Origin: the human T2T-CHM13v2.0 reference genome, Homo sapiens
Length of the DNA: 64,000 nucleotides
Strand: one strand, 5' to 3'
NCBI RefSeq assembly: GCF_009914755.1
Contig: NC_060932.1
The notes beneath the pieces were generated by a model. The model saw only the letters and a list, made by a program, of their open reading frames with translations, was not told where the DNA came from and searched no databases. The translations under genes were made by a program, and so were the position numbers. Of this stretch, positions 41,661-56,964 are shown in pieces; within the stretch, counting starts at the first letter, position 1, and the number at the start of each line of letters is the position of its first letter.

Positions 41661-43089
41661 ATCCCAGAAACAGATAGGGAATTCCTCTATGTTCTACTGG
41701 ACTTTGGATAGAACCTACATTAAATCAATAAATATTTAACTGTAGTTGTCTCATTTTATTTCCATCAATTTTACTATAATCTCTTTCAATTTCCCAGTGC
41801 TGGCACTACATGACAAATTTACTGATTGGATAGACGGATAGGGAAGGTTCTTCTGTAAGGTTCTAGGAGGAAAACGTTTAGAAATTATTGGGATTTACCC
41901 ATTTTGGTTGACTAAGTAAAAGTAGCTTTCTAAAAAGTTTAATCATGGAACAATGGAAATGAGCTGCTTTTGGAAGTGATGAATGATTTACAACTTGGGA
42001 GCCCAGTTGGCCTGAAATTTAAGACCAATTGTCCAAACTTTCAACTTACTAGTGAAGTAATTAAGCGCAGGGAAGTCAAAGGACTTGCCCAAAGTATGTT
42101 AGTAATAGAACTTAGAGTGAAATTGAATCTCCTGTTTCCCATACCAGTAGTTTATTACATCAAAATTTTTAAAAAGGCTGAGTAATCAGCATATCCAATA
42201 TGTACCAGAAATCAGTTCAAATCCTGACAATTCACTAATTATGTGCCTTTAGATTGATTACTTAATCTGGCTCAGGGAATCAGGGAGGTTTTCTCATTTA
42301 TAAAAATGGGAATTAAATATCTTCATAGGTTTTCATGAGATATAATGAGATAATCTACATTAACCCTGAGCCTGACACAAGGTTGCAATTATTACTATAT
42401 TTATTATAATTTTACTAAGTACAAAAAAATTATTATTTAACTTGATTATTTACATTTTACCATTTTACTGTTATGACATTAAGTAAGTTTCAGCTACATT
42501 ATAGGTCAGAGAGTTTGGGGAGCTAACTTGGAAATATAGATCCACTGGAAAATTCCAGTTCAAGACCCACACAACTGAATTCTAAGGAATTGTGTAATGC
42601 CATAATTTTTTCAAACTGAGAACTTTCTGTAAAGACATTTTTATGTGTGGCTCTAATTAATTGTAAGCAGTAAGTGAAAAGGAATGGGAAAGGAGCTAAT
42701 CTGGGAACTTAGATGATGGTGAATGCTGGAAAGTCCCAGAATACCATTCCTCTCCTTAGATTCCCAGTTTCCATAATGATCTGGGGTAGTATTCATTTGT
42801 GATTCCCATGAAAATAAGTAATTTAGTAAATGTGATACTATAGAGCCAGAGAAGGTCTAAGTTGACAGAATCATCATCATGAGGGTTTATTTTTACTTTT
42901 TATTTTTTTTTTTGCCATCGGGATTTGGCTTGTGCTTAAGGTTTGGATCCCCGACAACTCAAAAGTTCGCATCTCTTCAGGGAGATGCTCCTAGAGAATA
43001 ACCAGTGGGATGATTTCCCAGAACCTGGGCTCCCAGAGTTGCTCATGACCCTGGTGGGTCCCTCATGGAATACATTAAAGCAATCGTGT

Positions 43090-43345
43090 GTGATGACTAA
43101 CACTCTGACATACCTAGATAACTCATCCTGGCCATGCATGTCTGTAATCTTGAGAAAGTTACTAGGTTGGTTGGTGCAAAAGTAATTACGGTTTTTGCCA
43201 TTAAAAGTAAACCTTTTGAGCCGCTGTTCCTCCCATATAAAATAGGGGTAACTACCCCCTCTTGAATTGTTGTTACAATTAAGTGAAAATGTGTGAAGGA
43301 AAACGTTATCTAGCACAGTGCCTGGCACATAACAGGCACCCAATA
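43090..43345 (+). mobile_element. MIR SINE interrupted by a partial MADE1
   Basis: 'taatcttgagaaagttact [insert] aaccttttgagcc...tctagcacagtgcctggcacataacaggcacccaata'. Confidence 0.7.
43163..43210. mobile_element. Half of a MADE1 (Hsmar1-derived MITE)
   Basis: TAGGTTGGTTGGTGCAAAAGTAATTACGGTTTTTGCCATTAAAAGTAA matches one MADE1 arm plus spacer (TTAGGTTGGTGCAAAAGTAATTGCGGTTTTTGCCATT). Confidence 0.88.
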
Positions 43346-43645
43346 GCAATTCCTTCTTTCTTCCTTTTTTTCCTGAGCATTATTATTAGCAAATTCATTT
43401 AATACCAACTTAGAATTCTTAAACACAAACACATACATTGTTCCAGTTTTCTCTGTTAGGCGGGCAGTGCCTTTCGTACTGATACATGCTTCAGCTACCA
43501 TTCACCCATAAAGTTCACCTTTTAGATTCACTTCTATAAAACCCAACACAGGTGAGGAAAGGAGGAAGAGACCACTGGCCCATACCATTCTATGTATATC
43601 ACCTCCCCTTAAGGATGAATTTTGTGGGAAGTTAGAATAGAGCTT

Positions 43646-44049
43646 TGCTATGGTTGGAATGTGGTGTGTTTCCACCAACACTTATGTTGAACCTTGATCC
43701 TCAATGTGGCAGCTTTGGAAGTGGTGCCTGTGAGAGGCGATTTGGTTGTTAAGAGGTACTAATGCCTTTCTCTCCAGACTAAGTTCTCTCTCTCTCTCTT
43801 TCACCTCCCCATGAGAGCTGGTTGTTATAAGACAAGGCTCTTCTGCTTGGTCTCTTTCTTAGGTGCTTGCTTCCTTTTCTGCTTCTCTGCCACGTAATGA
43901 CACAGCACAAGGCCCTCACCAGAAGCCAAGCAGATGCCAGTGCCATGCTTTTTGGACTTCCCAGCCTCCAGAGCTGTAAGAAATAAATTTCTTCATAAAT
44001 CATCCAGTCTCGGGTAATCTGTAACAGCAAAAGAAAACGAACTAAGACA
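43646..44049 (+). mobile_element. MST-family solo LTR (MSTB2/MSTC-like)
   Basis: 'tgctatggttggaatg...aaggccctcaccagaagcc...ggacttcccagcctccaga...gaactaagaca'. Confidence 0.85.
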
Positions 44050-44262
44050 AATGTATAGAAGTGACAGATTTGTTGGGCAGAGCATAAATGGCAGTCTGAT
44101 TTTTTAATTCCTGCTTTATTCCTTTGGGAGACTGGGTAAATCACCTTTGATCTGCTCATCTATAGATTAAGGATTGAAATCACTTCAAGAAGATTATACT
44201 TTGGCTCCCAATAGTTATAATAAAAGAGTGTAACAACTTACCCGCAATTGAAAGCTCAGCTC

Positions 44263-47200
44263 TTTTTTTTAAAAAAAAATAGACTTTATGTTTTAGATAA
44301 ATTTTTGGTTCACAGCAAAATAAAGTGGAAAGTATAGAAATTTCCTGTCGAACTTCTGCCCCCACATCCCATGCACAGTCTCTCCCGCTATCAAAAAGAG
44401 TGGTGCATTTGCTACAATTTATGAACATTGACACATCATTATTACCCAAAGTCCGTAGTTTATACCATGGTTCATACTGAGCATTGTACATTCTGTGGGT
44501 TCAGAATAATGTATGATGACATCTATCCACAATCACAGTATCATGCAGAATAGTTCCCCTGACTTAAAAATCATCTGTGTTCTACGTATTTAGCCCTCCC
44601 TCCCTCCTAACCCCTGGCAGCCACTGATCTTTTTACTATCTTCAGCGTTTTGCCCATTCCGGAGTGTCAAATAGTTGGGATACTACAGTATGTAGCCTTT
44701 TCTGATGAGCTTTTTTCAGTAATATGCATTTTAGTTTCCTCCATGTCTTTTAATGTCTTGATAGCTAATTTTTTGGCACAAAATAATAGTTCATTGTTTG
44801 GACATACTACAATTTACTTATCCATTTACCTACTGAATAACATCTTGGTTGCTTTTAAGTTTTGGCAATCATGAAGAAAGGTGCTATAAACATCTGTGTG
44901 CAAGTTTTTGTATAGATATACAAACTCTATTAGTTAAATATCAAGGAACACAATTACTAGATTTTATGGTAAGAGTATGTTTATATTTGTATGACACTGA
45001 CAAACTGTTTCCAAAGTAGTTATACTATTTTGCATTCTCACAAGCAATGGATGCAAGTTCCTGTTGCTCCACATTCTTGCCAGCATTTGATGCCAGTGTT
45101 CTGGATTTCATCCATTCAAATGGGTTTGTAAAGGTAACTTATTGTTGGTTTAATTTCCATTTATTTGATGACATATGAAGTAGAACACCTTTTCATATGG
45201 TAATTTGCCATCTGCGCATCTTTAGTGAGGTGTCTGTTAATGTCTGTGGCCCACTTTTTAATTGGGTTGTTAGCTTTCTTATTGTTGAATTTTAAGAGTT
45301 CTTTGTATATTTTGGATAACAGTCCTTATAAGATATGTCTTACGTCTTTCTCTCAGTGTGTGATTCTCTTTCAATTCTCTTGCTAGTGTCTTTTGTAGAG
45401 CAGGAATTGTTCATTTTAATGAAGTTCAGCTTATCAATTTTCTCTTTCATGGATTTTGGCTTTGGTGTTGTAGCAAAAAGATCATCACCAAACCTGAAGT
45501 CATCTAGATTTTCTTCTCTTGAAGTTTTATAGTCTACATTTTACAATTAGGTCTGTGATTCATTTTGAGTTAATTTTTGTGAAGGTTGTAAAGTCTGTGT
45601 CTAGATTTATTTATTGGCATATGAATGTCCAGTTGTTCCAGCACTTTGTTGAAAAGAATATTTTCTCCATTGTATTGCTTTTGAAAATTTGTCATAGATC
45701 AGTTGGCCATATTTATATGGGTCTATTTTTGGGCTCTCTGTTCTGATCCACCGATCTATTTGTCTATTCTTTTGCCAGCACTACACTGTTTTGAGTAGTG
45801 TAGCTTTAGAATAAGTCCTTGGGTCAGGTAATGCCAGTCCTCCAATTCTGCTTTCCTTCAATATTGTGTTGACTATACTTGGTCATTTGCCTCTCCATAT
45901 AAACTTATATTTATTAATATCACAAAATAACTTGCTGGGTGGGATTTGATTGAGATTGGATCAAATCCATAGATCAAGTTAGAAAGAAGAGACTTGACAC
46001 TACTGAGTTTTCCAATCCATGATCATGGAATATTATTTAGTATATTAATTTCTTTCACAAGAGTTTTGTGGTTTTCTTTATACAAATGTTGCACATATTT
46101 TGTTAGACTTATATCTAAGTATTTTGTGCTTTTGGGTGCTAATGTTATATTGCATTTTTAATTTGAAATTTCACTTGTTTCTTGCTGGCATATAGAAAAC
46201 TGATTGACTTTTGTGCATTTACCTCATATCCTTGCAACCTAGTTACAATTGTTCATTAGTTTCTGAAGTGTTATATTGGCATACTTTTCAGAGTTTCTAC
46301 ATTAATGATCAGGACATCTGCAAACAAAGGCAGTTTTATTTCTTTCTTCTCTACAGTATGTCTTTTATTTTTTCCTGTTCTTGTCTTGTTGCATTATCTA
46401 GGACTTCTTTTCAGTATGATATTGAAAAGAGGTAGTGAGAGAGGATATCCTTGCCTTATTCTTGATTTTAGCAGGAAAGCTTAGAGTTTCTCACCAGTAA
46501 GTACGAAGTTAGCAGTAGGCTTTTTAAATAGATATTTTCTATCAGTTGAAGTAGTTCAGTTCTATTCTTAGTTTACTGAAAGTGTTTTTTAATCATTAAC
46601 GGGTGCTGGATTTTGTCAGATACATTCCCTGCATCTACTGATATAATCACATAATTTTTATTCTTTATCCTGTTATTGTGATGGATTACATTAACTAATT
46701 TTTGAATGTTGAAACAGCCTTGCATACCTGGGATAAACTCAACACGGTTATGGTGTATCATTCTTTTTATACATTGTTGGATCCAGCTTGTTAATATTTT
46801 ATTGAAGATTTTTGCATATATGTTCATGAGCGACACTGGTCTGTAGTTTTTTTTCTTGTAAGGTCTTGGTCTGGTTTTAGTGTTAGGGTAATGCTAGCCT
46901 TATATAATGAGTTAGAAAATGTTCCCTCTGCTTTAATTTTCTGTAAGAGTTTTTAGAGAATTTTGGTATTATTTCTTCCTGATATATTTGATAGAATTCA
47001 CTAGTGAAACCTTCTGGTCCTAGTGTTTTGTGTCTTGGAAGGTTATTAATTATTAATTCAATTTATATAATAGATATAGGACTATTCAGATTGTTTATTT
47101 CTTCTTGTGTGAGTTTTGGCAGATTGTGTTTTTCAAGGAATTCATTCATTTTATCTAGGTTATCAAATATGTAGGAACAAATTTTTGTAGTATTATTTTC

Positions 47201-50200
47201 TTTCCTTTTAATATCCATTGGATCTGTAGTGATGTTCCTTTTTCATTTCTGATATTAGTAATTTGTGTCCTTTCTCATTCTTCATAGTTAGGCTAGCTAG
47301 AGGCTTATTGATTGTATTTATCTATTCAAAGTCTCAACTTTTGGTTGTGATGATTTCCCTATTAATATCTTGTTTTCAATTTTGTTAATTTCTGATCTAA
47401 TGTTTCTTCTGTTAACTCTAGATTTATTTTGCTGCTCTTTTTTTTTTCTAGTTTTCTAAGGTGGAAGCTTAGATGATTGAGTTTAGATCTTTCTTCTTTT
47501 CTATTAAGTGCATTCAATACTATTATTTTCCTTCTAAGCACTGCTTTTGTGGCATTCCATGAATTGAATTTTGACAAGTTGTATTTTTATTTTCATTTAA
47601 TTTAAAATATTTTTAAATCTCTATAGGTATCTCTTCTTTGACCCATATGTTATTTAGAAGTGCGTTGTTTAGTCTCCATATATTTTGGATTTTTTTCAGT
47701 TATCTTTCTATTGATTTCTAGTTTCATTCCACTGTGGTCTGAAAGCAGACATTGTATGATTTCTGCTCTTTAAATGTGGTAAAGTGTATTTTATGGCACA
47801 GAATGAAGTTTATCTTGGTGAATGTTCCAAGTGAGCTTGAGAAGAATGTGTATTCTGTTCTTTTTGGATGAAATAGTCTCTAGATTTCAATTATATTCAG
47901 TTGATTGATAGTGTGGTTGAGTTCAACTCAGTGTCCTTATACTATATCCTTACTGATTTTCTGCTTCCTTTATCTGTTCATTTCTGATAAGGTGGTGTTG
48001 AAGTCTTCAACCATAACAGTGGATTAATCAATTTCTTCTTGATGTTTTATTGCATCAAGTATTTTGTGGCAGTGTTGTTAGGCATATACATATTAAGTAT
48101 TGTTATGTCTTTAAAAACTGATCAGTTCTTCATTACGTAATGCCCCTCCTTTTTCCTAATTACTCTCCCTGCTTTAAAGTCTTGTTTGTCTGGAATTCAT
48201 GTAGCTACTCCTGCTTTATTTTGATTAGTATTAGCATGATATATCTTTCTCCATCTATTTACTTTTAATCTTTATGTATCTTTATGCCTAAAGTTTGTAA
48301 TGTACACTTACAACTAATCCAAGCCCATTTTAAAGCAATAATGTATTGTTTCACACGTAGTGCAAATACCTTATCATAACAAAATAGTTCTAATTTCTCC
48401 CTTCCTTTTTTGTATTATTGCTCTCATTAATATCACTCACACACAAACACACTCACACAGACACATATACACACACATTCAAATACATTGCTGCTATTAT
48501 ATTCTGCATGACTGTTATCCATAAGATCAATTAAGAATAAGAAAAATTAAAGTTTATGTTTTATCCTCACTTATTCTTTTTCTGATGCTATTCCTTTATG
48601 TAGAATTAAGTTTCTGACCTACTTCATTTACCTTTTCTTTAAAGAATTTCTTTTAACATTTCTTGCAAGGTTGCTCTACCGGCATCAAATTCCTTCAATT
48701 TTTTTGTTCGTTTGAGAAAGTCTTTATTTCTCCTTCACTTTTGCAGAATAATTTCGCAGGGTACAGCATTCTAGATTGGTAGGTCTTTTCCCCTCAACAC
48801 TAAACACTTTACTCTTTCTTTGTTTGCATGATTTCTGAGGAGAAGCTGGATATAATTCTTATCTTCTGTAGGTAAGCCAGTTTTCTTTTTGTTTTTCTGG
48901 CTTCATCAAAATTTTTCTTCATCTTTTATTGTCTGAAGTTTGAATACAACATCCTAGATGTAGTTTTTGTTTGTCTGCTTGACATTTATCCTCCTTGGTT
49001 TCTCTGAGCTTCCTAAATCTGTAGTTTCATGTCTGATAATAATTTGGGGGAAATTATCAAATATTTTCTCTGTTCTTTTCTCTCTTTCTTATCCTTTGGG
49101 TATATCCATTAGAGATGTGTTACACCTTTTGTAGTTGTCTCACAATTCTTGTATATTCTGCTCTGTTTTTGTTTGCTTCTTTTTTGCTTTTATTCTCTTT
49201 GCTTTTCCATTTTGGAAATATCTATTGAGATAGCCTGAAACGCAGATTTTTTTCCCTCTACTGTGTCCAGTCCATTAATAAGTCCACCAAAGGCATTCTT
49301 CATTTATGTTACAACATTTCATGTTACACTTATTTTTAATTCTTTCTTAGAATTTCCATCTCTCCACTTACGTTGCACAACTCTTCCTGTATGTTGCTTA
49401 GTTTAACCATTAGGGCCCTTAGCATATTAACCATAGTTTTTATTAAAGAATTCCAATCTGATAACTTCAATATCCCTGCCATATCTGAGTCTGGTTTAGA
49501 TGTTTTAACTGTTTCTTCAAAGTATGTTTTTGTCTTTTAGTATGCCTTCTAATTTTTTCTTGATTGCAGGGCATGATGTATTGGGTAAAAGAAATTGCTC
49601 TTAGTAGGCCTTTAGTAATGTGGTGATATGGTGGGGAGGTGAAGCATTGTGTAGGCTTCTGAGTAGGTCTCGGTCTTTTGATGAGCCTGTGTCTCTAGAC
49701 TGAATTTCATATATGTTTCTCAAGTCCCTCCCACTGTCTGCCCATTAGGTAGGACAGGATGGCTGGTGTGGGCTGGAGTTTGGTGATTCTCTTCTGCCAC
49801 ATCACTTAGGCTCTGACAAAACCTCCACAGATTAGGCTTTGGTTGAATAGTTTCTGCTGAAGGCAGATCTTGTTAGGAAGAACAGAATTCTCTGGTGTAT
49901 TTCAAAATAGTTTCTTTTCCCCTCCCTGTGCTAGAAACATGAGGGGATTTTCTTCCATATACACTATGATGTAAAACACAAAATATATTGCAACCCTGCA
50001 ATAACTGGGTCCTGTTGGAGTTTTTGACCTTCAAACTTGTTCACACTGAGACTTCAACAATATGTTGGAATTTAGCATTTTCTACTGTGCTGGTTCCTGT
50101 GAAAGTTTCTGCCTCAGTAAGTTGTAAGTTTCTGTATTCCTATGTCTGTCTCTCCAATTTCAGGGGCAGTAGTTTGTCCTGTACCTGAGAAGAGAGTGGT

Positions 50201-50280
50201 TTTCTTCAGTTTCCTTAGGTTATAACTTCTTGTTAGGACAGAGTGGTGACTTCCAAGTTCCTTACATGCTGTACTAGAAA
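44263..50280 (-). mobile_element. Near full-length ancient L1MC-type LINE-1 (about 6 kb, decayed)
   Basis: 3' end at about 44263 ('tagactttat...ggttcacagcaaaataaagtggaaagtatagaaatttcc'); ORF2 remnants 46573-46836 ([14 protein letters not shown]...[13 protein letters not shown]) and 47362-47577 (WNATKAVLRRKII); 5' end near 50280 matches the reverse complement of the L1M 5' motif at 22.3 kb. Confidence 0.88.
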
Positions 50281-50448
50281 ATGGCCAAGCTTTGCTTTAT
50301 ATATTGGTTATGCTGGTTCTAATAAAGGTAGTAACAGCAACTAACCCTAGAATATATATTGTGTACCAGGTAGTGATTGAATCCTCACAACCAACTTATG
50401 ACAATAGGTATGCTATCATTCTACCTTTTACAAATGAGGAAACTGGGC

Positions 50449-51546
<1,098 letters not shown>

Positions 51547-54500
51547 GGAAACTGGGACTTTTACAAATGAGGAAACTGAAGCATAGAATGACTAAGTGAC
51601 GTATCCGAGGATATATTGCTAGGGATTAGTAGATTCGATATCTGAATCCAGGGCATGTGGTTCCAGAAACTGTGAGCTTAACCACTACACTCTACTGCTG
51701 AGTTTGGAGAGTGAGTTTAGGAACTGTTAATTATAAGGCAATACCTACCAAGAAAATGATACCCTTTGGTGATCAGCAATTTAAGCAGGTAATTGTTTTC
51801 AAGACTATAGTAATGACAACTCCTTGCATTTTTAGAGAGCCAGATAGTAAGTAGGTTCCATACCAGCTCTTACTTATTGATGGTGCTTGAAGAATTGTGT
51901 CGAGAAGGATTCTGAGGCTGAAACCAGCTCTGTGGGAATGAGTGCAAGGGTTGACTAGCCATGTCTTCCACAAGTACATGTGATTGAGGAACACAGCATA
52001 CTGACTAACCTCTTATTGAGAGCTGTGTTTTGGAAATTGCTGTCATATATCACTTCTTCCAGACAGAGTTACCCCTTCGGAGCTCCTACATCACTATGCA
52101 TACCACTGTGATTTTAAATAATTAATTGTATAAATATCTATTGGTGTTTTTCTTACTCTTAATCTTGAAGTCACAAACCTCATGTATCTGGGTAACCTAA
52201 TTGTTCAGCATGACACAAATCCTGGCCCATAGTAGGACTCAATAAATAATTATTAAACAATGTATAGCTAAAAATAACTTCCTGAGATAAGTGTTATTAG
52301 CTGTTTAAGAAGTCTGAGAATTCTGTGAAAGCCACCTTGAGGGAGGGCAAAACTTGGCATCGAATTCATGAGTTTTCCTCTGGGCTATGTCTTATTTCTA
52401 AAACGTAAAGGACTTACCCCATAGCCATCGGGAATTTTCAAAAACATTATTATTCTAGGAGGGGACAAAAGATTTCTAAAGTTGCTCCTAGTAGCTGACC
52501 TGCTGTACTTTGTTTGGAATTAAACTCTGCCTGTATTTCCTGCAAACTTCATTAGTTCCCTACAGACATGAAAAGAAATTGTTTGCACTGCGCCATCTTA
52601 GTGGGAGACCTTTACTAAAAGTGTCCTGAAGAAGAAATTATTCTTTCGCCCCTAGGGTCACTTGGTAGCTAAAACAGACTTCTCCTTTTTCTTCTAATCT
52701 GTTCTACTTCACTGACTCCTTTTTCTGTGTGTTCTTAAAGGTATTGCCTTATTTACTTTGATGGTTTCTCAACTAATTGAATACAGCAGTGAGTTCTTTC
52801 TTCCTGTACTCTTTTGGATGTTTCTACTACCCCAAGGGGAAAGGTTCCCATCAGACAGCTTGGCTTTGAGATGCTTGCTTATTGAAACTACTTTAAGAGT
52901 TATTGCTATTTACAGGGCTGTTAAAAGTTTGCACATTTGGCTAAGCTATACAAAATAAACTGATGCCTGCTTTGACTTTTGCCAATGGAAATCCTAACTT
53001 ATGTATAGGGGAATAGTTTCTGAAAACAAAAAATGGATATGTCTTGTGACTTGATTTTTAGGTTGATGTGTAATCAGATGATCCTAATATGATTTTTTAA
53101 TTTATGGAATTACCTGTCTATGAAGAGTATAATACAAACTGTAAAGTCCAAATCATGTAGAAACATTACTGGAAGTAAAGAAGTAATTGTCTCAGAACCA
53201 AATTCTTCCCTTTAGCATGGAGATTATGTGATTCTGATTCCATAGGTAGTAAATCTTTTCCGATTATTTAATGTGTGCATACATGGGCATACACATCCCC
53301 CCAGTACCCAGGGAAATCTTCCATAACTGGTCACAGTGGTATACAATCTTTTGTTACCCTCTTTCTTCCATTCCCATTTTCATATGCTCGAAGCCTTTTT
53401 GTCAAGATAAGGATTTTGTTTGAAAAAGCTATAAAATTCTAAGAAAAGATGCCTACTATCTTCCCCTTCTGCAGTTACCCGCATCCAACAACTCCCAGAG
53501 CTCAGGATTTTCTAAGCTTCTATGTTTAGCATGTTGTATGTGTAATGAATCATAGTGTCCACCTGTAAGTGTCATAAACAGATGGTATAAATATGCTTGC
53601 ACACTGTGACTCAAAACACATCTCCAGTTTTAGCTTGAGTTGAAACAATATTCACAGTTCCAAGAAACCTGTGGCTTGCAAATTCAGGGTCAGTGGGAGG
53701 AGAATACCGGAAAACTGGAAGCCTATGTTCTCTGTTGCCTGTCAGTGCAGTCCGTATTGAAGGGACCCAGGAGGAAGGGAAGGGAGGGATAGTGAAGGAA
53801 AATCTGTATTCCATGTGCTCTTGAAGCCAAACATTTTGAAGATGCTCAAGAAATCCGTCTTTGGAGCCTATGGGAGTGGGTGGTTTCACCCATGGTCTTC
53901 CGTCTTCCTGGAATGTCCTTTCCTTGTTTCCACATCATGCCCCCACCACCCCACTTCCATTTTTCCCCGATTGTCCACAGTCATCTGCCAAGTTTCAACC
54001 TCAAAGTCTTTTCCTGTGTGAGGTCTTCCTAGCCCACAGACCAGGTAAGAGGCCTCTGCTCTATACATCCATGACACACCGCTGAACCTCCCCCACTCCT
54101 TACTCTAACCAGATTCCACAGCAATTGCATTTTTAATGCATGCCCTTCTCACGACAGTGTCAATCCACTAGGGCAGGAATTGCCGTCTCATATGATGATG
54201 TACACCCAGTATCAAGCACAGCATCTAGCATTTAATAAATATTGTTCACTTGAAGGCCTATACCAATAAACAATTAATAAAGCTAAACAGCCTAGTTAAA
54301 ATTTCAATGTGATGTCATCTGGCTTCATGAAAGTAACAAGAATTTACTTTTGAAGAAAAAAAGTATACAAGTTTACATTTGATTCTGGGGCATTTCATTC
54401 ACTTCTCAATATTTCTCTCACACAAGGTCCAGATCATGCATCGTCTCCTCTTTGAAGTTCTGTCTGATTTCCCTGAGCAGGCAGTAGCTTTCTCATCTAT

Positions 54501-56964
54501 GATCACACAGGACTTATTCATAGCCTGGCCTTCCTTTTTCCCCTCATTTTATCCTGGCCTACCAAGTCCCTAGACATTCAAGGTTGTGAACTGGGTTTCT
54601 GCTGCTCTGCCTCATTCTACGTTCCCTAGGGCCTAGTATATTGCTTAGCATAGGGAAGGCACTCACATTTGCTGAAATGATTGAAATGGTGGTAAGAAAA
54701 ATAGAACATCTATTCATTTAACCACCGTTAAATAAATATTTATTTTGAGCCCAACTGTTTACCAGGTACTGTTTTAGGTGCTTAGAATACATCAATAAAA
54801 TATTCCCTATTCAAATAAACATTTTGGAGGTTTTTGCCTTTTCCAAAAACTAAAGAATTGGTTTCCAGGTTTGTTTCGTAACTGTGGTTGCCTAGTAGAT
54901 GTACACAGACACTTAGTACATAAGGTTGCTGAGTACTGGGATTAAATTTTAAGGTTCTGATTAAGAGTCAAGCTTAGTAGTATCCCGCCAGTTGTGGATG
55001 AACTTAGTACACTGAAGATGTATTCAATAAGGATAAGACAGGAAGTAGCTAACTGAGCAAATAATTTCTATGGTTACCTGGTATTATCATGGACACAAAT
55101 ATCAGTGTGACAGTAAAGATTCCACTTACTTTTTTATTATAAGTCTCTTGAAATGTCCTGAAGGCTAAAAGCTTGTCAGTGTTGAATCAGTTCCTAAAAT
55201 TGTGCTAAATTAAATGTGATTATTTACAACATGCCTAGTTCTTCTTAAGAAAATAACCCCTTTTATTATGCTATATTTAAATTTATCTAAAAATGGATTT
55301 TATGTATGTTAGAATCATTAAAAATACACATGAATTTCATGCTGTACAATATTCTAATGATGTTACTTTAGTTGAAGAGTGATTAAACATATAGGACTTG
55401 CTCATTATCAGTCATTTCAACATTATAGATGATATATGGAATATAGAAATTGATGTCAGTTATTATTCACTGACACACTTCATTTGTGATCCAGTAAGCA
55501 ACATTTTAAGGAGCAAACATTCAATGTTAATTGAAAAACCAATAAAATTCTGAGAGAGCAAATTTTGTGTCTTCTATTTCCCTAATTTTAGAAGCAGCCT
55601 CAATTTAAATCTATAATGTTAGCTCCATTTATATTATTTTGTGGAAAGGCAGATGGTGATTGTTTATTCTTCTAGCATGTGAAAAGGCATGTATCAAATT
55701 ATTTCCAGATTTATGCTAACATGACTTAAACATTTCTTAAAGGGCTGTGTAGCACTGCAGACTTCATAAACAGGTCCTCTCATTCATCATAGAACTTGAC
55801 TCCCTGCAGATGAACTACAGCAACAATTATGCCCAAGACAGGGACTGTCTCATGCAGTTTAGGAGCAGAGAATGCATGTCCTCTACAATCAGTGCAGTAG
55901 GAGCTGGCAGGAATTACTACTGCTGGAGCTGGTAGAGGCCAAAGGCTTTCTGGGGAGAGGAATGGAATAGACAGTGTTTCATCCTGAATGAGTGTGCATC
56001 TTGGGTTAAGGCCTTAGAGTCCTATGAACTTACTGAGCAACACCACTTTTTGCTCTTGGGAAGAGCCATCCTTGGCAGCACTGTTAAATAGAGGAATGTT
56101 CTTCTATGGTTCAATGTCTTTTTCTAGATCCATCAACTCCAACAAGAAGAAACAAGCCTGGCCCTCGTAGTAAAAAGATGACCAGAGTCAAAATCTGAAA
56201 CCAATTTTGAGCTTGGCTCTGTCATTTATCAGTGGTATGACATGGGGGAAATTAGTGAAGCTCCTTGTGACAATATGCTCCTCTGTACAATGCAGCCAAC
56301 ATCATTCACAGATTTTCTGTAATGATTACATGTAAGTGAATGTATATGAAACAGGTCAACAGAAAAGCCATCTCTACACTTGTTAGACAACATAATTATT
56401 ACCCATAAAGCTGGCTTTAGGGAAAAAATTGTCAAGACCATTTTATAGTCAGTAGCCTTTCCTCTAGCAATCCTCTTACTCAAATGCCAAGATTCCTCTA
56501 GCCTCTCTGCCAGCAATGTCAAAATACAATATCTTGATATTTTAGAAAAAAAATGAAAGCTGTAACTGTCAGGACTGTTATAGAACTATCAAAAGTATAT
56601 TAAATCAGCTACATAAATTGTGAAAAGAGTCTGGATTCTATGTGTTCTGTGATAATTTAAACACAGGCCAGATCATTTAAGGAGGGCAAAATAGAAAACA
56701 AAGAGACTGAGCACCCTCTCTTAAGGAGACAGGCCACTCCCATAGTCAAGTATTTGTGCCTCAATCCTTTGTTTATTTCTTGATAAATCTGTGATGAATG
56801 AAGCACCAAAGATTTTTTAAAAGGTAGGGGAAATGTATGTTAACATTACATAAAGATGACCTCGATACTAAGCAGGAGAAACTGCCCAAAGTAAGGAAGA
56901 TAAAAAAAGGAGAGCTAATCATTTTTGTCTTATAATGATGTTAGGAAAGACTACTTATTTTTTT

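Noticed and set aside
42936-43349. 137-aa minus-strand ORF
   Set aside because: About half derives from MIR and MADE1 sequence; no domain recognised
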